A stretch of 54,330 nucleotides of DNA, counting the filler, from Jimgerdemannia flammicorona (lineage: Eukaryota), in NCBI GenBank assembly GCA_003990765.1. It is 3 parts of 3 records of this genome, joined end to end, with 100 filler letters (N's around TTAATTAATTAA, not from the genome) between each part and the next. Parts side by side here need not be neighbours in the genome. Positions count along the whole stretch, not along the records: positions 1 to 18,048 come from RBNJ01002320.1; 2 more parts are not named here. One strand, 5' to 3'. This document shows positions 1-12,422 of the stretch, in pieces. How positions within the stretch are numbered: position 1 is the first letter of the stretch; each line of letters starts with the position of its first letter. A program made the translations under genes and the position numbers. The notes beneath the pieces are model-generated. The model was not told where the DNA came from, did no database searches, and was given only the letters and a program-made list of their open reading frames with translations.

Positions 1-3000
1 CCTCCGCGGAATCCGTTCTGCTCGATTCGAAGGCAATCAGGCATGCACCATCGGGTGAGCACCGGATTACGCTATTATGTGGAAACTCGGCGACGACTGG
101 CTGGAATTGTCCTGTGACCAAGCTATATACACGGGCGCGACCGTTCGTTTCGACGAAGCATAGATCTTCGGTACCGGTGATGAACAGGATCTGCGATATT
201 TCAGGGGTCACATTATTATACCACGGAAGGATTTGGATGTTGGCATTTCGGGAAAAGAGGTTACTCCGATTTTCATCGAAGCTGAATACGTTTAGCTATA
301 AATAAAACCGCGATAAATGACTGTTAAAAGCAAGCCAATTGAGACACATTCTATGGCTAATACAAATTCACTGTACTCACAGATCCACTCTCTGAACAAT
401 ATACAGCGAATAAGCCGTTGGTATCTTCGAAAGCTGTCAGCTCGAACTCTCGCGAAAACTTTCTGAAGGAATTGCCTGTAGCAATGGCCCCCCCGATGCG
501 AGAAGCCTTTTCGTAATACAACTCCGTAGCGTGATTTTGGATATTATGCAGAATACAGAGAATCTTCCCGTTTTCTAACTGATACATTTTTCTGAAGTAT
601 ACGCAAACAAGCCCGAGGTGTTAGTCGGATAATATCGCAAAAAATCGGGAACGGCGATCCCACGCAATAGATATACATATACACACCTCAAACTGTAGAT
701 TTGTGGATCGTATTCCAGACTGGGTAGGGTTTGTGCACCATAACCGTAGAATTGCGGAGAAGGGCAATATGACTCGTCATCGATTGCATCCGTCGCGAGC
801 TTCTGAAAGTCAGCCTGATCCAGGCGCGTCTCGTGAAACGTCAGGCGGACCTTTGGAGGTTTTGGAGTTTCCAGCTCATACTCCCACTCCACGAGAATAT
901 CTTTCATTAGGCTATATTTTTTGACTAAAACGCAATAATAATAATAATAATAATTGTGTATTAGACACAAAACAAGTGGCGCCTGCGAAAGGAACAAGAA
1001 GCAAACAAAATTAATCAAAACGTCCATCACATACCTTCTCGTTTCTTGATGGTCTTGATATGCAAAGTACAACTTTATGAAGGAAAATATTTTGTGAAAA
1101 ACAAAGCTTTTTAAGATACTGGACACGCTTGAGCATCCAATTTCGAGAACGAACTTACCCAGAATCATATTTATCCATAAGGAGTTGGCGAATACGCACT
1201 CGGTTTGCTTCCTCCAAAATTGCAATTTCCTTTTTCTCAGCCTTGTCAAGTTCATCTAGCATTGTGGACCTTGTAGATTTGAACTTGCGATTGAGAATAC
1301 TCTTGATATCGTCACGTAGCGTGTTATTCGCCCAACGCTCCAATTGTTCCGCAAATGTGTCTTGGAAGATCTTAACAATGCTGGCCAAATCAGGGATGGC
1401 AGCATCATCCTCCTCGATATCGACGAAACGTATGAAGTCGGCGAATTCGGGATCAGAAGTACTCCGCAATTTTTCGTCAGCTATACGCATGATTTTTTCA
1501 ACCACTTTGAAGGTTTCATCGCCCTTGAAAAACTTGGTGACCCAGCTATTCTTCGAATCGGGGAGATTCTTTCGCACGAGGGAAAATAGGTCTTTTTCAT
1601 TGTCGAAGAAGATCTCCTTGACGAGCTCTACAACTGAACTGGAGGAGGTTGTGGGATCACGATTACTCCACATGTACGAAGCGAGAACATGGGCAAGGAG
1701 AAACCGCTTTTTCTTCTGCTTCCACGCCGCATTGCTGACCACGCGGATAAGGTCTCCAAGTTCAGAGTTGATTACATCTCGGTGTTCCGAAGGCAAATCT
1801 GACTCGTCTGTGTAAGGATGTTATTACTGGTTAGCCTCCTTTCATTACAATAATTACAACCAAAATACTGGAGTAAATCATTTTTTTACCTGAAGGTTTC
1901 TGATCTGTCAATTCCACCAAAGTAGGATACACTCCATGCAAATACTGTGTTCGATGGCTTTCAAACCATTTGTTGGCCTTGTCTATCTCATTGTCAATTT
2001 TCTGATATATGGTTTGCTGCTGCGCTTTGAAGTTCTGTTGTATCTTTCTACGTTCATCTTCCACGACAGGCAAGCATTGATCAGCCAATTCCCGCGGTAC
2101 ATCGGCATATTTGATGAACACGCCGAAATCGCCAACAGTCACCGCATCCGAGAAAACCAATTTGCAAGAAGGTAGCATTTGCCTCATTTTTTGTTCGAAT
2201 GTATAACAACCAATCGACTCGCCCTTAGTTAAATGATTGACGCTTGCCGGGATTAGGCGCTTGGTGATCAACGTTTGATTATTTCTGCTTTCCACGATTT
2301 CCGGGCGTAAATCGAGATCAATATGGGTTTCGCTACGTTCGTAATTATCGGTCGACCCAGCAATTCTGATCTGTTAACGGAAGGCATACGATGAGTATAT
2401 AGAGGAAAACACCAACATGAATTGAAACAAGTGAAAACTTGCCTTAAACCCTTCTCGAAAAGTGAAGTCTTCCTTTTGTTCTTGATTTTTTTGAACCTCG
2501 AACTCGAAGCAATTCGCGTCGCCCTCGTTGTCCTCCATGAAATCTTCCAAAGTGTCCTCATCTTTCCACTTGAAAGAATCGACATCGTCTTTCGTCAAGA
2601 GACAGACCTGGATGTCCGTGAGCTTGCATAGATACCTGAAGTATATGATTAAGAAACCACGTTATGTTTGTGTCGTGTGCATGCCCTACATTCAAACTCT
2701 CCCAGAGAAATAGAACCAACCTTTGAAAGTTGATCATGTTTTTCTTCTTGTCCGAAGAAGCATTGTCAGCAAAAGATCCGCGCTCTGGCCAGTGAATGAC
2801 GAGGCCACAACCGGACGGCTTGTGATGGTAAAGATAGATGCCAGCATTCATCGAAGCCAACTCTTGTCTCGAATCATAAGGGGCTTCGCATTGTTCGCGT
2901 AGGGTTCGAAGCCTGTAGTCGGGATATTTGATATAATTATGTCATTCTAGGTCGACGATTTTAAATGTGAGTGCATGGCATTGTAACGTACGTTTCGTTC

Positions 3001-4004
3001 GATATAGCGCCGACATTATGAAGGAGTTGAGCAATCATGACGGGATTGCCGTAGATACCGATGTAGTGCATGCACAGCTTGCAAAGTTTTGTGTAATCGA
3101 CGTCTGTTAGAGAACGGAAGCTCCCAGGGACGACGTCATTGCAAAACCTCTTCATTTCTTCTCGGGAAAGAATGACCTTGTCGACTAAGGGAGAGAGGCA
3201 AGAAAGAAAAAAAAAAGAATTATACACTCATGAGATTTTGATATTATGATGTCGTTACAAAAGAGCGTAATATTACTCACCTAGTCCGTTCACGCCGTTG
3301 TCCTTGTAAAGATACAGCATGCCGTAGAGGTTCGGCGCCATCTTAGGATCGTCGATCTTTAGCTTGCTGAAGCTGATATCCGACTCGGACGCGGAATCGA
3401 ATTCGTAATCACCGACGTTGATATCTTCGTCCGTTGGGACAAAGGTGTGGATATTCGCACCGGGAATAGATGAACTTCCAGCCCTCAAGTTTGTAGAGGC
3501 GCTTCTATTCATAAGATCAGTGGAGGAAACCGAGTCAGAAAGCGGATGACATATTTTATAGTGTAAATTTGCAGTCAGCAATGAAACACCCACCCGACGT
3601 GATCTGAAGCATCGACACCCATGCGTTCTGGACCGTTGCCGTCGGTACCGACATAGGCTACTCCGGTTGTGGATGCATCCCCTTCGGTATGATTTACATA
3701 CGGTGTATAAGGATTCGGGTTGGCACCAATGCTTACTCTCGTCGTTGACACGAATAGTATGTCGCAAGAAACGTGAAAGACACATACCAATTTCCTCTGT
3801 TATTTGCGTTGGAGGCATGGGTGTTTGCGTTGTGTTTTTGGTATTTGAATTCTGTTGAGGTCTTTTGTTAACGTTTGTGTGTTTGATGTCAACGAGGCGA
3901 GAAAATGTACGGTCCAGGTGCTTATTTTTATACTGTCTGTGAAAGAGATAAAAACCCAACCGGTTTGGAGACACGCAACCACCTTTTCTCGACCTGGCAG
4001 ACAT
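1..4004 (-). CDS. Large multi-exon uncharacterised fungal protein, 5' part only; continues beyond the left edge
   Basis: In-frame exons joined by canonical splice sites: an exon ending at 3281, then 3184-2992, 2912-2721, 2635-2443, 2370 to ~1890, 1807-1159, and further exons to position 1. The spliced peptide includes GLVDKVILSREEMKRFCNDVVPGSF and GIYLYHHKPSGCGLVIHWPERGSFADNASSDKKKNMINFQRYLCKLTDIQVCLLT. The start codon (4004) and the first exons are uncertain. Confidence 0.75.
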
Positions 4005-4560
4005 TTTGTCTGGGTACCAATCCGAAATGGCAAAGCCAGCATTGGGTCCTTCAAACAAACCAAATGGAGGCGAGCGGATGGGAGGATCTCGCTGCGGTCC
4101 GTTGTTTTGGATTTGATTTATTGGATTCGAAAAAAAAAAAAAAAAAAAAAAAAAATTGAGTATGCATAATCTTCGAATGTACACATTGTCTTTACAGTAT
4201 GAATGAATTGCAACAGAAGGTAGACAAAGTCAAGTCGTAATCTCGTATCCTTCAGCAATCTGTGCGACGTATTGTGGAGCCAAAACTAGGTTTCTGGAAG
4301 CCCCATAAGAATTTCCCTTGGAACGTAAACTTGTAATCGGCATTGAAATTCTGAGAACAATGCATAATAAATAACCCCGATGTGGGACGGTACAGCATTC
4401 AGGGGGAAAGAATCAACCTTGCCTCTTTAAAATCGCTGCGGAAAGGACAACTGACTGTTTGTTTGTAATTATCCAAGACCAGCGGAGCGCGCCATAGCAT
4501 GTACTCGGCCTGGGGTAGTAGGCACAGCTTCATTTCACTTATAGTTTCCATGAATGGCCC

Positions 4561-4680
4561 TTTTCGTTTCTTTGTTTCTTTTCTTTGTTTCGTTTCTTTG
4601 TTTCTTTTCTTTGTTTCGTTTCTTTGTTTCGTTTCTTTGTTCGTTTATTTGTTCCGTTTCTTTGTTTCGTTTCTTTGGTT
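4561..4680 (+). repeat. Imperfect pyrimidine-rich minisatellite (TTTCTTTGTTTCG-like units)
   Basis: Repeated tttctttgtttcg and tttctttg units read directly. Confidence 0.85.
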
Positions 4681-5040
4681 CCCTTGCATGAATTTGAGTC
4701 TGAGTTATGCCAAGGTTCGCTTATGTCAACAAAATCGGCTTGCCTTTTTGAGCTACAATTTGCACTAAGCCGCCTTCTCGGAAAGGGTTTCTCCGTGCTT
4801 TACGTGGTGTAATTATCAGCAGATCTATACTTTGGGAAAAAGGAATACGAACCGCCCTATTCAAACACAACTTTTGGTAAGTACGATAGGCCACTGACGA
4901 AAGCGCATCCTCATGATTCGATGGCGACGTCCAGCGGTTAATCCAAGCCACACCATCAACGCGTAGTCGAATGTGCTCGACGATGGGTGCAAGCGTACCT
5001 GACCAACCTCCAGTTAACGTTGCAGGAATTCTTATGTCCA

Positions 5041-5085
<45 letters not shown>

Positions 5086-5116
5086 TTTTTTTTTTTTTTT
5101 TTTTTTCTTTTTTTTT
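5041..5116 (+). repeat. Poly-T tract
   Basis: About 75-nt T run with a few interruptions. Confidence 0.95.
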
Positions 5117-6074
5117 GGCCACATAAAAGGTACCGAGAAACTGGATTCTCTTGAACTCCGAATAAAATTCCATCTGGAGCAAAACCCTTATCAGGGTTGT
5201 TTGGCTTCACAGGTGTTGAGGTCGATGGCTAAGTTTACTGACCGGAACCACAAGACCATTGCAACGAGGAAATCTAAATGCATTTGGTAGAATGTTTCAC
5301 GGGAATAACGAAAAGTCTCACGGACTATAAATCAGCTTTGATGAAACGGCATTGAGGGCAATGGCGGTCAGCTCATGGAAATACAAAGATTCCGACTATT
5401 TCCTCTATCAATCAGCACGTATTTATATCAAATGCTAAACAGGAGGTCTGGGTGAACCTTGATTTGTGTGTGCACTGTCATCAATAATCGGAGCAAGCGA
5501 CCTTGAAATAGGAAAGGTCAACAAATTACATCTTTGGGCATCAAATTATATCTTTGGACATTCAATGTGTGGGTTAACGTGTGAGTTTGATGATCTCGAG
5601 CTATAGCATTTAATCCGTCCTGGCAATGTTGCAAATCTACAACGCATATGCAAACACCCCCTAAGTGCTCCGAACGAAACTTTATTAATTAACGAGACTG
5701 CGAGCAGCTATGCGGATAAGAAAACCTAGCATATCACCTGATATACCACGTGCGAGACTTCGGTCTCGTCTCGATCAGAACGTCCCGATCAGTCGATCGA
5801 GTCTCCCTCCAAACAAGTGAGTCCTAAAGATTTTTCGCTCGACCAAACCGCCATCTCCAATCCCAGCGACTTTGGTCATCTTCCTCTGCGCCGAGCACCA
5901 CACAACAAATAAAATAAAATAAAATAACCCTCTCCCCCCCCCCCCGACTTATTTTTCAGCTCGGCCATGGAGATCGAGCGTGCTTTGAGAAAAAAGACGC
6001 ACTTGCAAATTTAAAGTCACGAATTTTTGACCTGCGAATCCTACACTTTCGATACACTGATCAAATCACCCCAA

Positions 6075-6477
6075 GTCACTGGAGACCTTTTAGCTATTAC
6101 ATTAATTACCCACATTGTTCTCATTATCTGAAGCAACCATTCTTACACGGTGGTTTGAATCAACATATATGCTTTACAACTCGGCAATCGCCGTGGACTG
6201 CAAGAAAGACGTGAAGGTACCCAAATAAGCTTTGCAAACCATACATATCTGAGGAATGACCGTTTCGTTCTTTTACTATCTCAGCTTCTCTACCAGCGAC
6301 CTGGGGAGATTCTCAAAAACAGACATCACCAGCTGCGACAACACCTCAAGCTCCCCTAGAGCTTACCCGTACCTTACATACACATCTTGATTTTTCCATA
6401 GTTTATCCACATGATTTGCTGCCGTATTTATTTCTATAAGACAATAACGAGAGACGCTTTCGTTCCAGGTAGAAAAC
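6075..6477 (+). repeat. Dispersed repeat, copy 1 (paralogous to 12056-12422)
   Basis: Shared blocks in the same order and orientation: gtcactgga..cttttagctat, tctgaagcaaccattcttacac.g.tgtttgaatcaa, caagaaagacgtgaaggt, aaaacagacatcaccagctgcgacaac, tttccatagttta, gccgtatttatttctata. Confidence 0.8.
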
Positions 6478-6935
6478 ATGTTACTGAAACACGCGGACCG
6501 GTAGGCGCTTGCTCGCCTTGAAGCACCTGTGAGAACGACGTAACAGGAAGGGGTGGCAGGTGAGAGATATTTACACCGGACCGTTGTATTGTCAAGATGC
6601 ATCGTATCGCTTCCAAGACGCCAATGAAAGTCTAGACAATGCCAATATTCACCGCCACAATGGCGGAAAACCTCCTCACCGTAGATTCAAACCGCAGCAT
6701 CTATCTAAATCGGAAGATTTTAACTTGTCAGGAGTGGAAGGTTTTCGCAACCATCGTGGGCAAGGTTGTGGTTTTCGGAGCGCAAGGCGTTGTACGCGTT
6801 GAAGACAGTCACGTTCACGAGGATATGAGTACGGATTTTTACCAATGAACAAAAAATATAATATACAGAAATGTTACATCATGACTCCCATAGCCCCACC
6901 ACCCTGGACCCCATTTCATTGTCCTATTCACCCCC

Positions 6936-8318
6936 TCACTCATTATTTCCTTTCCCCGCATCTTCTCTCGCCATCCCACTCTTCGGAACCTCAATAAAGC
7001 TCTTTCCCCTTCCCGCCACGACCGTCGCGACAACAGGCGCGACGAATCCCGCCAACCTCTTCTCGGGTTCATACTCCCCCCTCAATCCTTCCAATGGCTT
7101 CACCACCCGCACTGGCAGGTCCTCCATAACAAACGCGCACGGATACCGCCCAAAAAACTGCACGAACGCCACATCCGACCGCGGGTCCGGGTGGTCCGTC
7201 GCGAGGAAGACGGGAGTGAGTATCCCCTCGCGCGCGTTCGGCCCGACGCACCTAGCCATCAACATGGGACCCCGTCTCCTCGCAGAAGGGGAAACAGGAC
7301 CCGACATTCCCATCGCCTCGTCAAGCAGCTCTATAACACGCCCAACCGCGCTTTTCATTGCCTCCTGCGCGTCCTTCCCTGTCGGCCATTCGATGTATAC
7401 CCCGATATACCTACCCGCGCCACCCATGAGCGCTACAATTTCCGCTACGACGCGCAACAGGATCGGGTTCCGCACAACCATGGCTGACTGGATTTGAGTG
7501 CGGAGTTTGGCGTGCTCGGGGGTTAGGCTCGTGACACGCCCAGGACTGCCGACGCTATAGAGGTGGAGTAGGCGGTGCGGAAGGGCGAGGAAGTCGGAGA
7601 CGGGGTATTGGGTTTGGTAGACAATTCCCTCAGTGGAAGGTTGTGGGGGCTCATCGGAATCGTAGACCATCCATGCGTACCGCCCTACGTCCTCGCGCAC
7701 CTGCATGTCCGCCTCAACGAGCCCTAGCTCCGTGCGCAGGGTGAAGAGCGAGAGTTTGCTGTGCTCGACGATCTGGACGTGGTCTTTCAGTGCGGAGAAA
7801 TCATAAAATGTTGACCATGGCACGATGGCAAACCGCTCGTACCTCTCGCAGTCTTCCTGTACCTCATCCCATGCTCCCTGATTCTTTGCCACCCCACAGA
7901 TGGTGGGCCAGTCGTACATCACGAGCTCCTCGACGCGTTCGAGGAGGCGCGGGTAGGGACTCCATGTAAATGTGTATCCAAGGAAGGCCGGCGGTAACGC
8001 AAGAGTTCGGTTCGTGTAGGCGGCGAGGAGGAGCGCGTTCGTGAGCTGGGTGTGCTGAGCAGAGAGGCCCGAATGTGGGAGGTATGTGAGGTAGCGGGCG
8101 GCGTCACCGTGGCGTTGGCGGTGGAGGGCGAGCGCGGATGGGGGGGGGTGCAACGGATTGAAGGGAAAAGGAAAGGAGAAGGAAAAATTGTAGGGTGTGG
8201 AGAGGCAGAAGAGAGTGAAAAGGAGGACGAGGATCAAAAGGAAGAGGTAGAAGCGGTGGCGATTTAGGGAACGGAGGAGTCTGGGAACGAGCTTGAAGAG
8301 GAGAAAGGCGATGCACAT
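6936..8318 (-). CDS. CigA-like / O-fucosyltransferase-family (GT-B) type II membrane protein, 460 aa, intronless
   Basis: N-terminal TM anchor (FYLFLLILVLLFTLFCL), family motif YLTYLPHSGLSAQHTQLTNALLLAAYTNRTLALPP, VPWSTFYDF and VFLATD. Confidence 0.75.
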   Translation of the reverse strand: MCIAFLLFKLVPRLLRSLNRHRFYLFLLILVLLFTLFCLSTPYNFSFSFPFPFNPLHPPPSALALHRQRHGDAARYLTYLPHSGLSAQHTQLTNALLLAAYTNRTLALPPAFLGYTFTWSPYPRLLERVEELVMYDWPTICGVAKNQGAWDEVQEDCERYERFAIVPWSTFYDFSALKDHVQIVEHSKLSLFTLRTELGLVEADMQVREDVGRYAWMVYDSDEPPQPSTEGIVYQTQYPVSDFLALPHRLLHLYSVGSPGRVTSLTPEHAKLRTQIQSAMVVRNPILLRVVAEIVALMGGAGRYIGVYIEWPTGKDAQEAMKSAVGRVIELLDEAMGMSGPVSPSARRRGPMLMARCVGPNAREGILTPVFLATDHPDPRSDVAFVQFFGRYPCAFVMEDLPVRVVKPLEGLRGEYEPEKRLAGFVAPVVATVVAGRGKSFIEVPKSGMAREDAGKGNNE

Positions 8319-8632
8319 TTCACCGGTGTCGAGGGGGAAGGGGTAGGAGCGGAATGGAATGCGTCAGGTCGTGGAGTGTAAGCAAGCAGTGTGCACGTGA
8401 CCCAGGTGACATCTACACCCATCCTGGCAGGCCAGGGCGCTTTATAAATATGGCGGGCCATTACCTTTTTTTAATCATGCGCGGATCGTACAGCTCAACC
8501 CCGTCTCGGGAAGGATGGGTAGGTTGCATACCCATGTAAGATGGAAAACCATCCCCCTTCATTCCCCTTTATCCGAAACAATAAACACCATTTATTATCC
8601 CATCCCTTTACAACAATTAAATTATAGCCCCT

Positions 8633-9999
8633 TCACTCCTTCCTTTGGCTCTCATCACCTTCAACCCATTCCCTCCCCCTCTTAACCAAATACTCAACCT
8701 CGACCACCTTCGTCAACGGGATTACCCATTTCTCATACAACTCCACCACGGCCTCAACGGGAATTCTTAGCAATTTGCTCTGGTCCTCGCCCTCCACCAC
8801 GTCTTTACCAACGTCCACGTCGTCCAGTGACTGCCCATATATGAGCGCCTTGCGCCCCAACCGCTTCAGTAGCGTAGCCTCAACAGCTTTGTTTGTCAGA
8901 AGCGCATCGATCCCCGCTAGGTCGTTGGCCCGCGCGAGCGCTGCGTAGGCCGAAGGAGATTCGCGGAACTTGCATTCGGCGATGTATTTGCCTGTGAGAT
9001 GGAGGTATGCAAGATGTTAGTGGGTGACAACTTGAAAGTGAGTGGGAGCGCCTTGGTGCCAGCAACTCAATAGTACGACGTCGCTCGATAGTGTCCCGCA
9101 GTGTCGCGTCACGCCACTTCACGTAGGGCTTTCCCTCTAACCTGCCCACCGCCACTTTTAATCGAATATTTACCATAATGAATCCTCTTGCTGAGCGCCT
9201 GCAACACCTCAACGTCCCTGGTGGTAGCGGACCCATAGTTCTGGTCATCGCCCGGCCTGGTGACGGCGGCAACAATGTGTTCGAGGTATATGCGCATAAT
9301 TTGTGGATTCACGTTGATGTCGTTCGGGTGCAGGAACTGCGGGTAGGCCAGCGCGGGCAGGATCGGCATAGGCAGGGGTGAGGTGAAGGCATATTCGTCC
9401 GGGCTGGTGGAGGCGGGAAGGGGTAAGGGGGGCCGGAGGGAGATTAGAGGTGAAAGAATGAAAGGAGGGAGAGGGGAATAAAAGAGCCGTACCTGGTGTA
9501 ACGGCGGACTTTGGCTGGTGGTGTGTAGTGCATTGCGTGTGCGGTGCAGAATGGAATGCGAGAAACATGAAAACATTTAATAGGACCCTATTCTCCTTCT
9601 CTCAATTATACAAACCCACATCATACCAAGTACCGTTACCCCCCCCCCTCCCACACAGAACTCACCATGTACCTTCTCCGTCTCCCACAAAAAGAACTCG
9701 AGGAAGCTCTTCTCGCCCGTCACGTCCTTGAACTGCTGCGCTGCGGGCTCGTAGATGACCGAGTTGTGAGCAAACTGCGCGCGTTCAATCAGCGCTGTAT
9801 TCATAAATCAACAATGTATAAGCGTCCTCTCTTTTCCGAATTCGACTTCGAGACGCGTCCACCATACCACACGCGACAACGCAATCACGCTTCCCATCCC
9901 ATCCCACGTACCGAATATGATGGTGTCCTCGAGGCGGATTAGTGTGTTACGCACGCGCGGGAGCGAGAAGAGGTCGGCCTCGCTGGAAAAGAAGTTCAT
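8633..9999 (-). CDS. ARO7: Chorismate mutase (eukaryotic AroQ type), 5 exons
   Basis: Exons 9999-9912, 9794-9666, 9514-9493, 9403-9174 and 8991-8633, all GT-AG and in frame. Motifs [67 protein letters not shown] and [18 protein letters not shown]. Confidence 0.97.
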
Positions 10000-10484
10000 G
10001 GTTGGGTGTGGTGGGTGTTCGTGTGTGCTGGAGAAGCGGGCTTGACATAATTAATTAGTGTTTGAGATGGGCCGCATGGTGACTGCTGATCTGATCAATA
10101 GGCATAATAGGCATGGAGGCATAGAGGAACATTAAAACACGTGGGCTGAGAATGCTTCAGGCAATATCCGCACTCGATAGTATCGACTATAAATAAACCA
10201 TTCACATGACCGAGATATGCGGATGATTTATTATGTATACGGTGTCGATATTCTTTTCTGTAATGACGGCCGTGACGGCCAATGAGTAATGCCAACAAAC
10301 AAAAGGTAATGGAAAAGAAAAAGTAGAGAAATTATTCAAAGAACCGTCTCCCGCCTGCGCTACAAAAGTTAAAAAGGTCGATCCGCAAACCAATCATCTT
10401 CCCAATCATCTTCCCAAACCCAACGCCGCGCACATCGTACACGAAAATCTTCCCCCGATCGTTCCCATCCATCCAGCGACCGCA

Positions 10485-11600
10485 TTACTCAGAGTCGACC
10501 CACTGGGACGCAAGGGCGCCGAAGAAGGGGATCTCGTACCGCTCGAGCGAGGCGCCGTCCATATAGGCGCGGTAGCTGGCGTACGAAGGGAAGATCAGGA
10601 TTTTTGATGATGGGATCCCAGACACATGAAAACTATCGTTCCCCGGTACAAGTACTCACCCAAGCCACGCCACCAGCGCGATGTCGGCGAAGAAGAGTAG
10701 CCACGACAGAAGAGAAGAGATGAACATGATGATAAAGTGGGCGAGCATCAAGGTGAGGAAAAGGAGAGAGGACTAGTGGATGAAGATTCGGAAGAAAGTG
10801 CGAAAGGAATGACGTGAACATGGTTTAGCGTTCTCAAGTTTCATGCGCGTGTTTCCATGATCGTCTCTTGTACCAAATAGATGTTACATAAAACCCCCCA
10901 GAGAATTCGCACCTGCCATGCGTGGAACCGCACGTAGTCGTTCTTCTGCTCTACGACTAAGAAGAAAACGCCTGGCGGACGACGCGTGTGATATATATGG
11001 TTCGGTGGATGAGGTCGGGTAGAAGGTTGCATGAAAATAAAGGGGATTTCAGCGCGAGTTAGACGACGTAAGAAAAGCACAAACAAAGTGTGCATGCCAG
11101 AAAGTGGTTCGGTTCGATGCGTCAGGGTCGAAATAGTCGGGCTTGGCACGGGTGTTTCATGTCAAGAAAGCGAAGTCAACTACACCAGTTTTCCTCGATC
11201 GTTAGTTCTCCGCTTCTCCATAAATTCCCATCCTTATCCCTCTAACCACTCCACTTTCCAATGCACTTCTCAAGTTAAAAAAAAAAAAATTCTCACCCGT
11301 AACGGCGCCCAACGCATAGGTCAACGCAGCCTCGACATCAACCCTAACCGGCAAACTAGTCTCATATTTGTTCACCCTAATCTGTCCTTGTACCTGCTCC
11401 CCTCCTCTAGTGGGAGCGCTCGACGAACTCCCGATGCCGGCCTCCAAGGCAGACGCGCTGTGGGTGAGCGAGGACGATTGGGTAGGGATTGGTTGGTACT
11501 TGAGCGAGGGCTTGGGAGGAGAGACGGGGGCTTTTAGCTTGGCCTTGGAAAGGCGACTGCGGTCGTCGGGGGCGGGCTGATAGGGGGCGAAGTCGGACAT
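10485..11600 (-). CDS. Small multipass membrane protein, UPF0132/DUF4870-like, 4 exons
   Basis: Exons 11600-11297, 10971-10913, 10772-10660 and 10575-10485. Spliced protein MSDFAPYQPAPDD...NKYETSLPVRVDVEAALTYALGAVTGVFFLVVEQKNDYVRFHAWQSSLLF...GYRAYMDGASLERYEIPFFGALASQWVDSE*. Confidence 0.85.
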
Positions 11601-12055
11601 GGTTGGGAGGAGTGGTGTGTGTTATGGTGTGTGGGAAGTGGAAGTGTGAAGTGTGGGGAGACGAAGGAACGACATGTGACCTGTGCGTCGAGTGTGACGC
11701 CATGGCTTGGCGCTATAAAATCGGCCTTTTGCTGTTAAGAAATACTCTGCGATTAGAATTTCCTAAACAAGGTGGCCTTTTTGTACCTAGGTCCCAGTGT
11801 CTACAATGTAATCTGGAGACTTGTAGCCATTAAAACTTGGACCGAAACCACATGAAATATTGCATTGTGCTATCTTGTCAAAGTGCGTCGTTTAGGACTT
11901 CACTGCGGCACACGTGTCAGCCACGTGCGTGTGGATGTATTAGCCATAAGGTAACTTTTTAAAAAACTTCGCCTCATATATTCCCTGTTTCTCGGACCCA
12001 TTCTGCAGTTGAGGTGGCCGCACACCTTATATTTGCGAAATTTAAGTATTATCAG

Positions 12056-12422
12056 GTCACTGGAAATCTTTTAGCTATACGTTCATTGCCATATCATATA
12101 CCACATCTCTGAAGCAACCATTCTTACACAGTTGTTTGAATCAATAAATATTTTGTAATTCGGCAAACAACAATCAACTCCACCTCTTAGTTTACAAGAA
12201 AGACGTGAAGGTGGCCAAAGGAAGGTTGCAAACTCTACACATGCGAGGAATGGTCGTTTAGAGAGATTATCAAAACAGACATCACCAGCTGCGACAACGT
12301 CCCAAACCTCCCTAGAGTTTATCCGCACCTTGCGTATGTATTTTGATCTTTCCATAGTTTACCCGGCCGTATTTATTTCTATACGATAATGGCGACAGGC
12401 GTCTTCGTTGGAGATAGAAAAC
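12056..12422 (+). repeat. Dispersed repeat, copy 2 (paralogous to 6075-6477)
   Basis: Same conserved blocks as copy 1, with indels. Confidence 0.8.

Noticed and set aside
4721..5210. Poly-lysine ORFs
   Set aside because: Produced by the poly-T tract; no recognisable protein on either side.
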